Assembly: GCA_017518295.1 (NCBI GenBank)
Contig: JAFWVJ010000022.1
Coordinates: 19,614-83,613, forward strand
Source of the DNA: Clostridia bacterium
Lineage (GTDB): Bacteria > Bacillota > Clostridia > TANB77 > UBA1234
DNA: 64,000 nt
Direction of reading: 5' to 3'
Below the pieces are notes generated by a model. That model was not told the origin of the DNA. It did no database searches and saw only the letters and a list, made by a program, of their open reading frames with translations. Each line of letters starts with the position of its first letter. The stretch's first letter is position 1. Both the position numbers and the translations under genes were made by a program. Shown one piece after another: positions 1 to 8,353 of this stretch.

Positions 1-354
1 AGCACGGACGAAATTGTTAAACTCAAAGAGACAGCTGTTACGATGGGATTTAGTTATCCAAGGATGTTGCTTCATTGCTTAATTCCTTACATCACACCAT
101 CGCTTGTTGCGTCATTCATCAATTTGTACGCAGTAGGCTGGACCTATGTGGTTATTGCTGAAACAAACAATACACAATATGGTCTTGGACATCTCATGTA
201 TATAGGTGGTGCTCGAGGAAAAACAGCAATGGTTTTTGCAGCAATCATTACGTTGTTTGTTTTTAGCAAACTTTTCAATATGATTGCAACGTGGATAACT
301 CGAAAGATTTTCAAATGGAGGATCGAAGATGAAAAAAAGAGTGTTACGGCTTGA
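1..354 (+). CDS. ABC transporter permease (TauC/SsuC-like inner-membrane component), 5' end cut by window edge
   Basis: Open frame from position 1 with no in-window start; hydrophobic C-terminal permease segment; immediately followed by and overlapping an ABC ATPase gene. Confidence 0.7.
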   Translation, partial: STDEIVKLKETAVTMGFSYPRMLLHCLIPYITPSLVASFINLYAVGWTYVVIAETNNTQYGLGHLMYIGGARGKTAMVFAAIITLFVFSKLFNMIATWITRKIFKWRIEDEKKSVTA

Positions 355-1105
355 TAACATCAGCCTATCATTTGGCGAGAATGAACTCTTTGCCAATATG
401 GATTATGAATTCAAGCCTGGCATTTATGCTTTTTCCGGTCCTTCAGGAGTTGGAAAAACCACATTGATGCGCATGATTGCCGGACTTGAAAAAAGGTATC
501 AGGGAACCATTAGCATCGAAAAAGATGTTGAAAAGAAACTTGATAGTACTCAGCCTGAGTATAGTTTGTTTGGGATTGATCAAATGATTGTCAGTGAAAG
601 GTCTATCATCGAGAAACCTATTCCTGAGATTCATATGGTACATCAACACTATAAAAGTTTTCCGTGGCTTACATGCATAAATAATGTTTTGATGGTATAC
701 AAAGGTCACAAGGTTAGACCGACAGCTAAAGATAGAGAAGAAGCTTTAGAAGTTCTCGATAGACTCGGAATTAAAGAGCATGCAAAAAAATTGCCCACTC
801 AGATTTCCGGTGGACAAGATCAGCGTTTATCACTCGCAAGTGCTTTTGTGAATAAGTGGAGTGATGTAGTACTCTACGATGAACCTACATCTGCACTTGA
901 TGAACAGAATGATATGCTGGTTGTTAATCTTATCAGAGAACATCAAGCTAAATATAATACCATCGAAATTATTATTACTCATGAGCAACACGTTATTGAT
1001 GCACTTAATCCCACGATAATTGAGTTTACGCCAGAGTTTAGGTTAAGACCTTCAAAACCTAAAAAGGAGGTAGCAGAAAATGAAGCTGTTCAAACAGTTT
1101 TATAA
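329..1105 (+). CDS. ABC transporter ATP-binding protein (nitrate/sulfonate/taurine type)
   Basis: Walker A GPSGVGKTT, ABC signature LSGGQ, Walker B LYDEPTSALD; RBS GGAGG 7 nt upstream of ATG. Confidence 0.9.
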   Translation: MKKRVLRLDNISLSFGENELFANMDYEFKPGIYAFSGPSGVGKTTLMRMIAGLEKRYQGTISIEKDVEKKLDSTQPEYSLFGIDQMIVSERSIIEKPIPEIHMVHQHYKSFPWLTCINNVLMVYKGHKVRPTAKDREEALEVLDRLGIKEHAKKLPTQISGGQDQRLSLASAFVNKWSDVVLYDEPTSALDEQNDMLVVNLIREHQAKYNTIEIIITHEQHVIDALNPTIIEFTPEFRLRPSKPKKEVAENEAVQTVL

Positions 1106-1814
1106 GTATTTTATTATTCTGTTTAGTTTAATTCTTTTTATCGTTTTGAGAATCGCTTTTGGTAGTAATATCTTCATCTATATTCTGACTGCCCTGATTG
1201 GCGTTGCTCTTTATTATGGTATTTCATTCTACTTCGATTACAAACAAAAAGAGTTGGAATCGAGTTATGAATATCAGAGCAAAAACATGTCAGAAAAAAA
1301 TGAAAGTGAGCTTTCTCAGATTGTAGAAAAGCTCCAGGAGATGGGCGAGAATAAATCAGGCTTTAGAAATGTCATCCTTGAGTTCTTGAGTAAAGTTGAT
1401 TCTTTTGTTCAAAAAGAAAAAGCACTTAATGAACTCATTCAGATGAATGATGATAAAGCTAAGAGATTTTTGCAAGAACGTAGTCAGGCTACAAATAGTT
1501 TTATTATTGCTAACGCAAAGAAACTTATCAAAGCCATGATTGCATATGATGCACAGTCTAAGAAAAATCGTCCTGCCAGGATTGAAGATGTAGAGATTGT
1601 TCAGGATGTGCTTAAGAGCATGGACAGTCTCACTACAAACTACGATCAGCTTTTGGAAGAAGTTGCTAAAATGGGTGATGACTTTAATCCAGAAGATCCA
1701 GGTTTAAGAGATGTTGTCGAAAATCTTCAAGAGATAAGAAAAACTTCTAACGTCGACGACAGCGATAACGAACCAGAAGAAATTCATCTTTTTGTTAATG
1801 GAGCGTCAAGCTAA
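1080..1814 (+). CDS. XpaC-like membrane protein (5-bromo-4-chloroindolyl phosphate hydrolysis protein family), two N-terminal TM helices plus coiled coil
   Basis: RBS AAGGAGG before ATG; two TM helices followed by a long charged helical region typical of the XpaC family, which co-occurs with TelA. Confidence 0.45.
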   Translation: MKLFKQFYKYFIILFSLILFIVLRIAFGSNIFIYILTALIGVALYYGISFYFDYKQKELESSYEYQSKNMSEKNESELSQIVEKLQEMGENKSGFRNVILEFLSKVDSFVQKEKALNELIQMNDDKAKRFLQERSQATNSFIIANAKKLIKAMIAYDAQSKKNRPARIEDVEIVQDVLKSMDSLTTNYDQLLEEVAKMGDDFNPEDPGLRDVVENLQEIRKTSNVDDSDNEPEEIHLFVNGASS

Positions 1815-1843
1815 CTCGCGGTTTTTTTGAAGGAGTGATAATC

Positions 1844-3337
1844 ATGAAGAATAGAAAGACACGGATCTTAGGTCTTGTTGTGATTGTAGTTATCCTTTGT
1901 GTAGGAATGATTGGAGCAGATAAAATTATTTCTGCTGTCCACAAAGAACCTGCCAAGCCCTACAATCCGAATGACGTTAAAGAAGTTACAATTTCGCTTG
2001 ATGAATGGATCGGATGGAAACCTTTGATTTATGCCAATGGTGGTTTAACAACTACTCAAGATAGTATCAATGCAAGAAATGGTATCAGAGTTCGTTACGT
2101 AGTAATGAATGATGCAAGTACTTCTTCTGCTGGGCTCATCTCTGGAGAACTTCAAGGTGCAGGTTATACAGTTAACCGTTATGCATTCTTGCAGAACAAA
2201 TTTGATGATGCCGGTGTAGAAGTATCAATGCCTTACATCACTAACTATTCAAATGGTGGTGATGGTATCATTTCAAAAGCTTCTATCAAGTCTGTAAAAG
2301 ATCTTGTCGGAAAAAAGGTTGCTGTTCCGAGATTTTCTGAAGCACAAACTTTGGTTGAATGGTTAATCACCAACGCCGGGTTGACTGAAGAAGAAATCTT
2401 GAGTATTCGTAAGAACATGGTTTACTTCGAGACAGCTGATGACACTGCGGAAGCATTCTTTGCTGGAAGCGTAGATGCGGCTGCTACCTGGGAACCTTAT
2501 CTTACACAGGCAGCAAGTTCCACTAATTCGAGAATTTTGTTCGATACATCTATGGGAACAAATCTTATCTTGGATGGACTTGTTTTCAGAAAAGATTTTA
2601 TAGAACAAAATGAAGACTTTATCGTGAAACTGATTGATGGTGCACTCGAAGCAAACAGCATGTACTTGAGAGAATTTGAATCCATTAAAGTTATGCCTAT
2701 GTTTGAACTTATGGATGCAGATGAAATCAAAGAGATGTGTGCTAACGCTTCAGTTGCAACCTGGGCAGATAACATGAATCTTTTGAATACAACTGCTGTA
2801 ACTATCTACAAAGATATGGCCAACATTTGGATTTCGGTTGGAGAAACTGCAAAACCTGAAAAGGCAGAAACAGCTTTTACAACCAAGTATGTAGAAGCTC
2901 TGCAAGCTAAATATCCAAATGATGATGTTACTTCTTTTGCTTTTTCAAGTGAAGGAAGACAAGCTGCACAGCAGATTAATAACAATTCTGCACTGCTTTC
3001 AGTAAGACTCGATATCAAGTTTGAAACAGACTCTTACAAAATCTCTAGTGATTCTTTTCCTGCACTTGTTGAATTTGCAGAAACTGCTAAAGTGCTAAAC
3101 GGTGTATATATCCAGATAGAGGGAAACACCGCAAAAGTAGATGGCGATGATGGTAAAGACTTCTCGTACAAGAGAGCAAGAAGCGTTGCAAAATATCTGC
3201 AAGCTCTTGGAATTGATTCTCGTAGATTTATTATCATAGGTAATGGAGATACTAATCCTATCGATACAAATCTTACTGAAGAAGGCAAGGCCAACAATCG
3301 TCGTACTGAAGTATTCTTCAAAACAATAGGTTACTGA
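1844..3337 (+). CDS. Membrane-anchored ABC substrate-binding protein (NMT1/SsuA-like) fused to a C-terminal OmpA-like peptidoglycan-binding domain
   Basis: N-terminal TM anchor; periplasmic-binding-protein core; C-terminus has OmpA motifs (NGDTNPID... NNRRTEV). Start moved to ATG 1844 (RBS GAAGGAG, spacing 8). Confidence 0.7.
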   Translation: MKNRKTRILGLVVIVVILCVGMIGADKIISAVHKEPAKPYNPNDVKEVTISLDEWIGWKPLIYANGGLTTTQDSINARNGIRVRYVVMNDASTSSAGLISGELQGAGYTVNRYAFLQNKFDDAGVEVSMPYITNYSNGGDGIISKASIKSVKDLVGKKVAVPRFSEAQTLVEWLITNAGLTEEEILSIRKNMVYFETADDTAEAFFAGSVDAAATWEPYLTQAASSTNSRILFDTSMGTNLILDGLVFRKDFIEQNEDFIVKLIDGALEANSMYLREFESIKVMPMFELMDADEIKEMCANASVATWADNMNLLNTTAVTIYKDMANIWISVGETAKPEKAETAFTTKYVEALQAKYPNDDVTSFAFSSEGRQAAQQINNNSALLSVRLDIKFETDSYKISSDSFPALVEFAETAKVLNGVYIQIEGNTAKVDGDDGKDFSYKRARSVAKYLQALGIDSRRFIIIGNGDTNPIDTNLTEEGKANNRRTEVFFKTIGY

Positions 3338-3428
3338 TAACTTTCATGTAGCGGATGTCCAAAAGGATGAAATGACATCCGCTACTTTTTTTGAGGTTTT
3401 TCAATCACCGAAATGGAGGTATAAGGAA

Positions 3429-5102
3429 ATGAAGAATCGGAAAATTACTATTCTTGCCATGCTTGTCGTGTTTGTTTTGATGCTTTCAGGATGCGAACTT
3501 GGTACTTCAACCAAGATTGATCCTGCCGCTGTTAACTACGACAATGTCATTTCATATATCGATGACCTGAAAATCGGCCTTTCAAAAGTAACCCCTGTTA
3601 AAGGAACTGTTCCTGAAAGAGCAGCTACTAATGATACAAGCACGATGGTCATGTATGAGCTTCCGGATATCTCAAGTTATGATCCAGTTGTAATTGGTAA
3701 GGCACCTAACAATGTTGAAGTGTTTTTACCTCTCGAAGATAACAATAGTAAAATCAGCCAAGTTGTAGAAAGTGCTGCGCGTAAGTATAACGAAGAACAT
3801 GAAGGTGTTTCTTCTATAACTCTGCGCATCCTTGAATCTGAACTTGCAAACGATTTTATTAAATCAGGAGCTTATCTTCCTAAGGGCTACATTGCCTCGA
3901 ATGAACTCTATGGCTTGATGCTCAAAGAAAATGGAATCAAAGTCAGTAAAGTTACAGATAGGCTTGTGGGAAATACAATTGGTGTAGTAATCAAGAAAGA
4001 ATCCAGTAACAAGATTAAGATTGAAGATCCTGAAAAAATGTTTGATTCAATCTTCAAATCAGTAATGAATGGCGAGATTAAGATTGGATATCCCAATCCT
4101 ACAAACAATCCGTCAGGACTTAATTTTGTTATTTCGATGCTTTCGTACTTTGATAGCACGAATCCTTTCAGCATGGAAGCAACTACAGACTTTAGCGCAT
4201 TCCAAAGTAAAGTATCAGTTGCATACTCTACAAAGCAGCTTAAAGAATCTGCAAATAGAGGAGAAACAGATGGCTTTGTGATGGAATATGAAGCTTTCCA
4301 AAACGATGCTTCGCTTAAGGACTACGGATTCGTTCCGTTTGGTGTACGTCATGATTATCCGCTGTATGCAGTGGGTGATGTGAGTGAAGCAGAAACGAAA
4401 GTACTTAGCGAGTTTGCCAAAGTATTTGAAGAAACAGGTGTCAAAGAAATGGCAACAGAAGCTGGATTTGATAAAAATGAAAACTACAAATCTAGCGTGA
4501 ATGCTGGTGCTTATGATGGCTTGATTGGTGAAGTGCTTGATTTCTTCAAGACTGAAAAGAAGTCGGGTAAGAAAGTTGCTGTATTTTTTGTATGTGACAA
4601 ATCTGGAAGTATGGCTGGTAAAAAGATTAATGCCCTAAAAGAATCTGCTCTTAATGCTATGCAGTATATAGGAGAAGACAATCTTGTAGGACTAATTACT
4701 TACGATAGTGGTGTATATCTGAACCTGCCTCTTGCAGAGTTTAATACCGAACAGCAGGAATTCTTCGCAGGAAGTATTCAGCAGCTTGGTAGTGGTGGAG
4801 GTACTGCAACAAACAATGCATTGCTTCATGCACTTAAACTGCTTGATGGCTACTACAGAGAACATCCTGATACTATCCCGATGATTTTCCTTTTGAGTGA
4901 TGGCTATACCGAAAGTGGATATTCATTAAGCGGTGTAAAGTGTCTGATTAGTGCTTTTGATATTCCGATTTATACAATCGGTTATGAAGCCAATCTCGAT
5001 GAACTTAAATCTATTGCAAATATCAATAATGGTGTATTTATTAATGCATCTACAGATGATGTAGGATATATTCTTAAATCTCTGTTTGATGCTCAAACCT
5101 AA
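3429..5102 (+). CDS. Lipoprotein with C-terminal von Willebrand factor A (vWA) domain
   Basis: Lipobox LSGC after signal peptide; MIDAS motif DKSGSM, downstream GGGT and LSDG motifs; start at ATG 3429 with GGAGG RBS. Confidence 0.75.
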   Translation: MKNRKITILAMLVVFVLMLSGCELGTSTKIDPAAVNYDNVISYIDDLKIGLSKVTPVKGTVPERAATNDTSTMVMYELPDISSYDPVVIGKAPNNVEVFLPLEDNNSKISQVVESAARKYNEEHEGVSSITLRILESELANDFIKSGAYLPKGYIASNELYGLMLKENGIKVSKVTDRLVGNTIGVVIKKESSNKIKIEDPEKMFDSIFKSVMNGEIKIGYPNPTNNPSGLNFVISMLSYFDSTNPFSMEATTDFSAFQSKVSVAYSTKQLKESANRGETDGFVMEYEAFQNDASLKDYGFVPFGVRHDYPLYAVGDVSEAETKVLSEFAKVFEETGVKEMATEAGFDKNENYKSSVNAGAYDGLIGEVLDFFKTEKKSGKKVAVFFVCDKSGSMAGKKINALKESALNAMQYIGEDNLVGLITYDSGVYLNLPLAEFNTEQQEFFAGSIQQLGSGGGTATNNALLHALKLLDGYYREHPDTIPMIFLLSDGYTESGYSLSGVKCLISAFDIPIYTIGYEANLDELKSIANINNGVFINASTDDVGYILKSLFDAQT

Positions 5103-5104
5103 TC

Positions 5105-5172
5105 GTAACGGCGACTATTAGTCGCCAAACAATAAAAAACTCCGTGAGAAATTTCTCACGGAGCTTTTTTTA
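5105..5172. terminator. Bidirectional intrinsic terminator (two hairpins) between convergent vWA lipoprotein and TelA genes
   Basis: ggcgactattagtcgcc; ctccgtgagaaatttctcacggag plus T7, with an A-run on the other side. Confidence 0.8.
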
Positions 5173-5887
5173 GATTAACAAGAGTTTGTTTTGCACTAAC
5201 AATGTTGTTTATTGAAATTTGATTTTTCAAAAGTGGAATAGTAACGTTTATGATAGTACTAATTCGTTCTAGCACTCTAGTATCTGTTGCAAGGAGCATT
5301 TCAACTTGTGCAATATTTTGCATTACAACAGTACGAGAAACTGCTAAGTTATTAAGCCGCCTTCTAAATGTATCAAGATGTTGGAATGTTTTTGGAGTTT
5401 CTTCAAATTGTGCAATTCTTTTTTGACCAGCTAATATATAAAGAGAAATTTCTTTATAATATTTTTTGTTGGTCTTAAGAATCTTTTTAAGAAAATCCAT
5501 GTCTTGCATAATAGTAAGTTGATAGTCACGTAGCCTTGCAATAATCTCTTCAATGTTATTTTTGATTTTGTTGTACTCAATTATTAAAGTATTTGTAGCA
5601 TTTCTTTTAATAAATCCGATTGGACTATTTAAAGAAGCACTATCTGTCCGCAAAGAATTAAAACTTGCAGTTAAGCTCTCAAAAATTCTATCGATATCTT
5701 CTAAGTCTTTTGTTTTTATCTGACTTAAAATTTTATCACTAGATTCTGAAAGTTTCTTTTGCGGTTCCATACCATAATTAAGCACTAAGTTAAGATCAAA
5801 AATATCAATTTGTGGAACAAGATTATAGGCAAGGGAGAGCTCTTGCTCAGTAAATTCACTCTCATCAATTAGTATCACATCTGCCAC
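5156..5887 (-). CDS. TelA/KlaA-family toxic-anion-resistance protein
   Basis: Coiled-coil protein with TelA-like N-terminal region; GTG start with GGAGG RBS at spacing 8; size like KlaA (about 250 aa). Confidence 0.6.
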   Translation of the reverse strand: MADVILIDESEFTEQELSLAYNLVPQIDIFDLNLVLNYGMEPQKKLSESSDKILSQIKTKDLEDIDRIFESLTASFNSLRTDSASLNSPIGFIKRNATNTLIIEYNKIKNNIEEIIARLRDYQLTIMQDMDFLKKILKTNKKYYKEISLYILAGQKRIAQFEETPKTFQHLDTFRRRLNNLAVSRTVVMQNIAQVEMLLATDTRVLERISTIINVTIPLLKNQISINNIVSAKQTLVNLKKAP

Positions 5888-6061
5888 TTTTATTTCCTCC
5901 TTAATAGAAAAGGTTGATATATCAATATATTATTCACGCATATAATATCATAGATTTACATAAATAGCAATACAACAAGAGTCATTTGTAAACGAAATTA
6001 TGTAAAATATTTTAACGGTTGCAACAAATTGATTTTACGTAACCTTTGGTACAAGCGACAA

Positions 6062-6088
6062 ATGTTTTTAATAAAATATTAAAAACAT
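6062..6088. promoter_or_regulatory. 27-bp perfect palindrome (12-bp arms, 3-bp spacer) in the TelA / kinase-like divergent promoter region; candidate operator
   Basis: atgtttttaata-aaa-tattaaaaacat; 13 bp upstream of the -35 of promoter 6101-6129; outer arms match those of the ~30-bp element family. Confidence 0.55.
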
Positions 6089-6100
6089 TTCAAAAATCGG

Positions 6101-6129
6101 TTGACAAATTGCATTATGCATGGTATAGT
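6101..6129 (+). promoter_or_regulatory. Sigma-A-type promoter for 6199..7275
   Basis: TTGACA-17 bp-TATAGT. Confidence 0.7.
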
Positions 6130-6198
6130 CTTCATGTATTAAAAATAGTTACTCTTTGAATTGTGTACGATTCATTAATTATAAGGGAGGATACTTTT

Positions 6199-7275
6199 AT
6201 GAGGCTTCGGGGCTACCAAGAAATCATGGGTGCTAATCGACCAGAAGAAATCTTTACTATGAATCCTGCTACTTTGCAAAAAGAATATGAAGCATATTGT
6301 GAGCAGTATAAACCGAACCAACAATTTCATGAGATAAGAAATTTTGTTGCAAGTCAGCAAATAAAATTTCTTTTCAAAAAAGCAAAAGAAATTCTTGGTT
6401 CTAAGAGGGAAGATACTGATGACTATGGTTCTACTATTTCGCTTTGCTCTGCAAATGGAGAAAGCATCGTCTTTGAATATGATGATCATATGGATCAGAG
6501 AGTATGTGATACATACATCAATGATCAAGAAATTCTTATGACTGTTGATTCAAAGTACGAAGTAAAAGGATTGTTTTCAAACTTTGTTGAAAAAGTTGAA
6601 GAGTTTATTTCTACTTGGGAGAACAAACTTCCAAACTGGAAAGATTTTCAGTATTCTATTCCACAAGTTGTTAAGTCTTTTAGAACTTCGGATAAATCCA
6701 AATATGTACTGCTTATTAAAAAGCCGTGCAAGATTTATCCTTTAAGAGAAGTACTTAACTTCTTTGGTGGAAGGATGAATGTGAAGCATGTGATTTCTAT
6801 CATCAAGCGGCTTTATAGTTATGCTTGTTGGTTGGATATTGCAGGTATGACTCACAATGGTATCTGTATAGACAATATTTACTTTTCTCCGGGAAGTGAA
6901 GTTGCGCCAGGCGAGAAATATTCTGTTAAAGATATTAGAATAGTTGGCTTGTATGGCGGATGGTTTTTCACCACAAGTAAGAATGAAAAAATTACTGCAC
7001 TTCCTATGGATGTAAGAGATATTGTTCCTGAGTTTGTCGAAAAGACAGGATACTCTTCTTTTGAAGTAGATATGCTTTCCATTAAGAAAGTTGCTCGAGA
7101 ACTTTTAGGTGATGTTACAGGCAAAAACTTGTATGGTGTTCATAGCAAACTTTGCGATTGGTTCAATAGAACCACTTGTCAAAAGAATGCTTATGAGGAG
7201 TACAGCGAATTCGAAAGAATTTGCGAAGAGGTTTTTGGTAAAGCTAGATTCGTCGATATCGACGTTTCTATATAA
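6199..7275 (+). CDS. Hypothetical protein with atypical protein-kinase-like catalytic-loop motif
   Basis: Strong sigma-A promoter TTGACA-17-TATAGT and RBS AAGGGAGG; motif HNGICIDNIYF resembles kinase catalytic loop HxDxxxxN, preceded by a VLLIKK lysine strand; no clear DFG. Confidence 0.5.
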   Translation: MRLRGYQEIMGANRPEEIFTMNPATLQKEYEAYCEQYKPNQQFHEIRNFVASQQIKFLFKKAKEILGSKREDTDDYGSTISLCSANGESIVFEYDDHMDQRVCDTYINDQEILMTVDSKYEVKGLFSNFVEKVEEFISTWENKLPNWKDFQYSIPQVVKSFRTSDKSKYVLLIKKPCKIYPLREVLNFFGGRMNVKHVISIIKRLYSYACWLDIAGMTHNGICIDNIYFSPGSEVAPGEKYSVKDIRIVGLYGGWFFTTSKNEKITALPMDVRDIVPEFVEKTGYSSFEVDMLSIKKVARELLGDVTGKNLYGVHSKLCDWFNRTTCQKNAYEEYSEFERICEEVFGKARFVDIDVSI

Positions 7276-7310
7276 GCTGCCTCAAAATAATTTAAAAGGA
7301 GGAATTTTAA

Positions 7311-8267
7311 ATGGGTGGCAGTCCTACTACATCTGCTCAGGTGAGCTCCTACTATAATACGCACAAGGATATTAAGAAGGCTACAAGTGTGCGGGAAGTA
7401 TTTAAGTCGAGTGGTCTGAATGAACTTATGGATCCTTCGAAACTGAAGAATGGATTCAGGGATTCCAGCGACTCCGTGGAAAGCCCCAACTCTCGGGCTA
7501 TTGCTATCGGATTTGATGAGACCGGTTCCATGGGACATATTCCTTTCACATTCGTGCAGGATGGTTTCCCGAGGTTCATCAATATGATTCAGGGTGGAGC
7601 CCTGGGATATGATCCTCACATTCTCTTCGCCGCGATTGGCGATGTGAAGAGTGATGATTCTCCGCTCCAGGTTTCGCAGTTTGAAGCGGACAACCGTATG
7701 CTGGATCAGCTTCGGCTTTTCTACATCGAAGGAAACGGCGGCGGAAATGATGGTGAAAGCTATCAGATTCCGTGGTACTTCCTGGCCAAGCATACCAAGA
7801 TTGCATGCTTCAACAAGAGGGCCCAGAAAGGTATCTACATTTCTATCGGCGATGATAAGCCGCACCCGGAGACAACTGTGTATCAGTTCAAAAAAATCTT
7901 CGGTGACAAAGAAAGTGTAGAAAGAGCCTACAAGACAACCGAGCTTCGCGATATGGCACTGGAAAAATGGAATCTTTTCCATGTGCTTATTTCCGAACGC
8001 GGATACGGTAGTTACCATGTGGAAGAAACCTGGAAGAGGCTTCTTGGAAATCACATCGTTATCCTGGATGATCACAGGTATGTTGCTGAAGTTTTGGCAA
8101 CCATTCTCAAGATGCAAAATGGTGTTGAGCGCAATGAAGCAATCGACATGATTGAAGACACCGATGCAAAGAAGGTTGTGCGCAGTGCCTTCAAGAATTT
8201 TGAAATCTATGAAGATGGTGCTACCGGAATCGGCGAAGCCACCAAGGAAGGTCTGGAATTCATTTAA
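7311..8267 (+). CDS. vWA-like (TerY-like) domain protein, G+C-rich gene
   Basis: RBS AAAGGAGG; MIDAS-like FDETGSMG, GNGGGNDGES and SIGDD motifs; composition clearly more G+C-rich than flanks. Confidence 0.6.
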   Translation: MGGSPTTSAQVSSYYNTHKDIKKATSVREVFKSSGLNELMDPSKLKNGFRDSSDSVESPNSRAIAIGFDETGSMGHIPFTFVQDGFPRFINMIQGGALGYDPHILFAAIGDVKSDDSPLQVSQFEADNRMLDQLRLFYIEGNGGGNDGESYQIPWYFLAKHTKIACFNKRAQKGIYISIGDDKPHPETTVYQFKKIFGDKESVERAYKTTELRDMALEKWNLFHVLISERGYGSYHVEETWKRLLGNHIVILDDHRYVAEVLATILKMQNGVERNEAIDMIEDTDAKKVVRSAFKNFEIYEDGATGIGEATKEGLEFI

Positions 8268-8353
8268 TCAAATGATACAAAAGAGAAGATGATGATTTTA
8301 TCATCTTCTCTTATTCTTCTTTTAAATTCTTTTTAAGGAAAGGAGAATTTATT

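Noticed and set aside
6175-6528. ORF 6175..6528 (-) and the extended forward-strand start at 6163
   Set aside because: The reverse-strand ORF is antisense with no signals. ATG 6199 behind AAGGGAGG is the likely true start of the forward-strand gene
7191-8117. 308-aa reverse-strand ORF overlapping the vWA gene
   Set aside because: It lies in a G+C-rich segment where long antisense ORFs arise by chance. The forward-strand gene has a strong RBS and vWA MIDAS motifs, and the reverse-strand ORF has no motif or RBS
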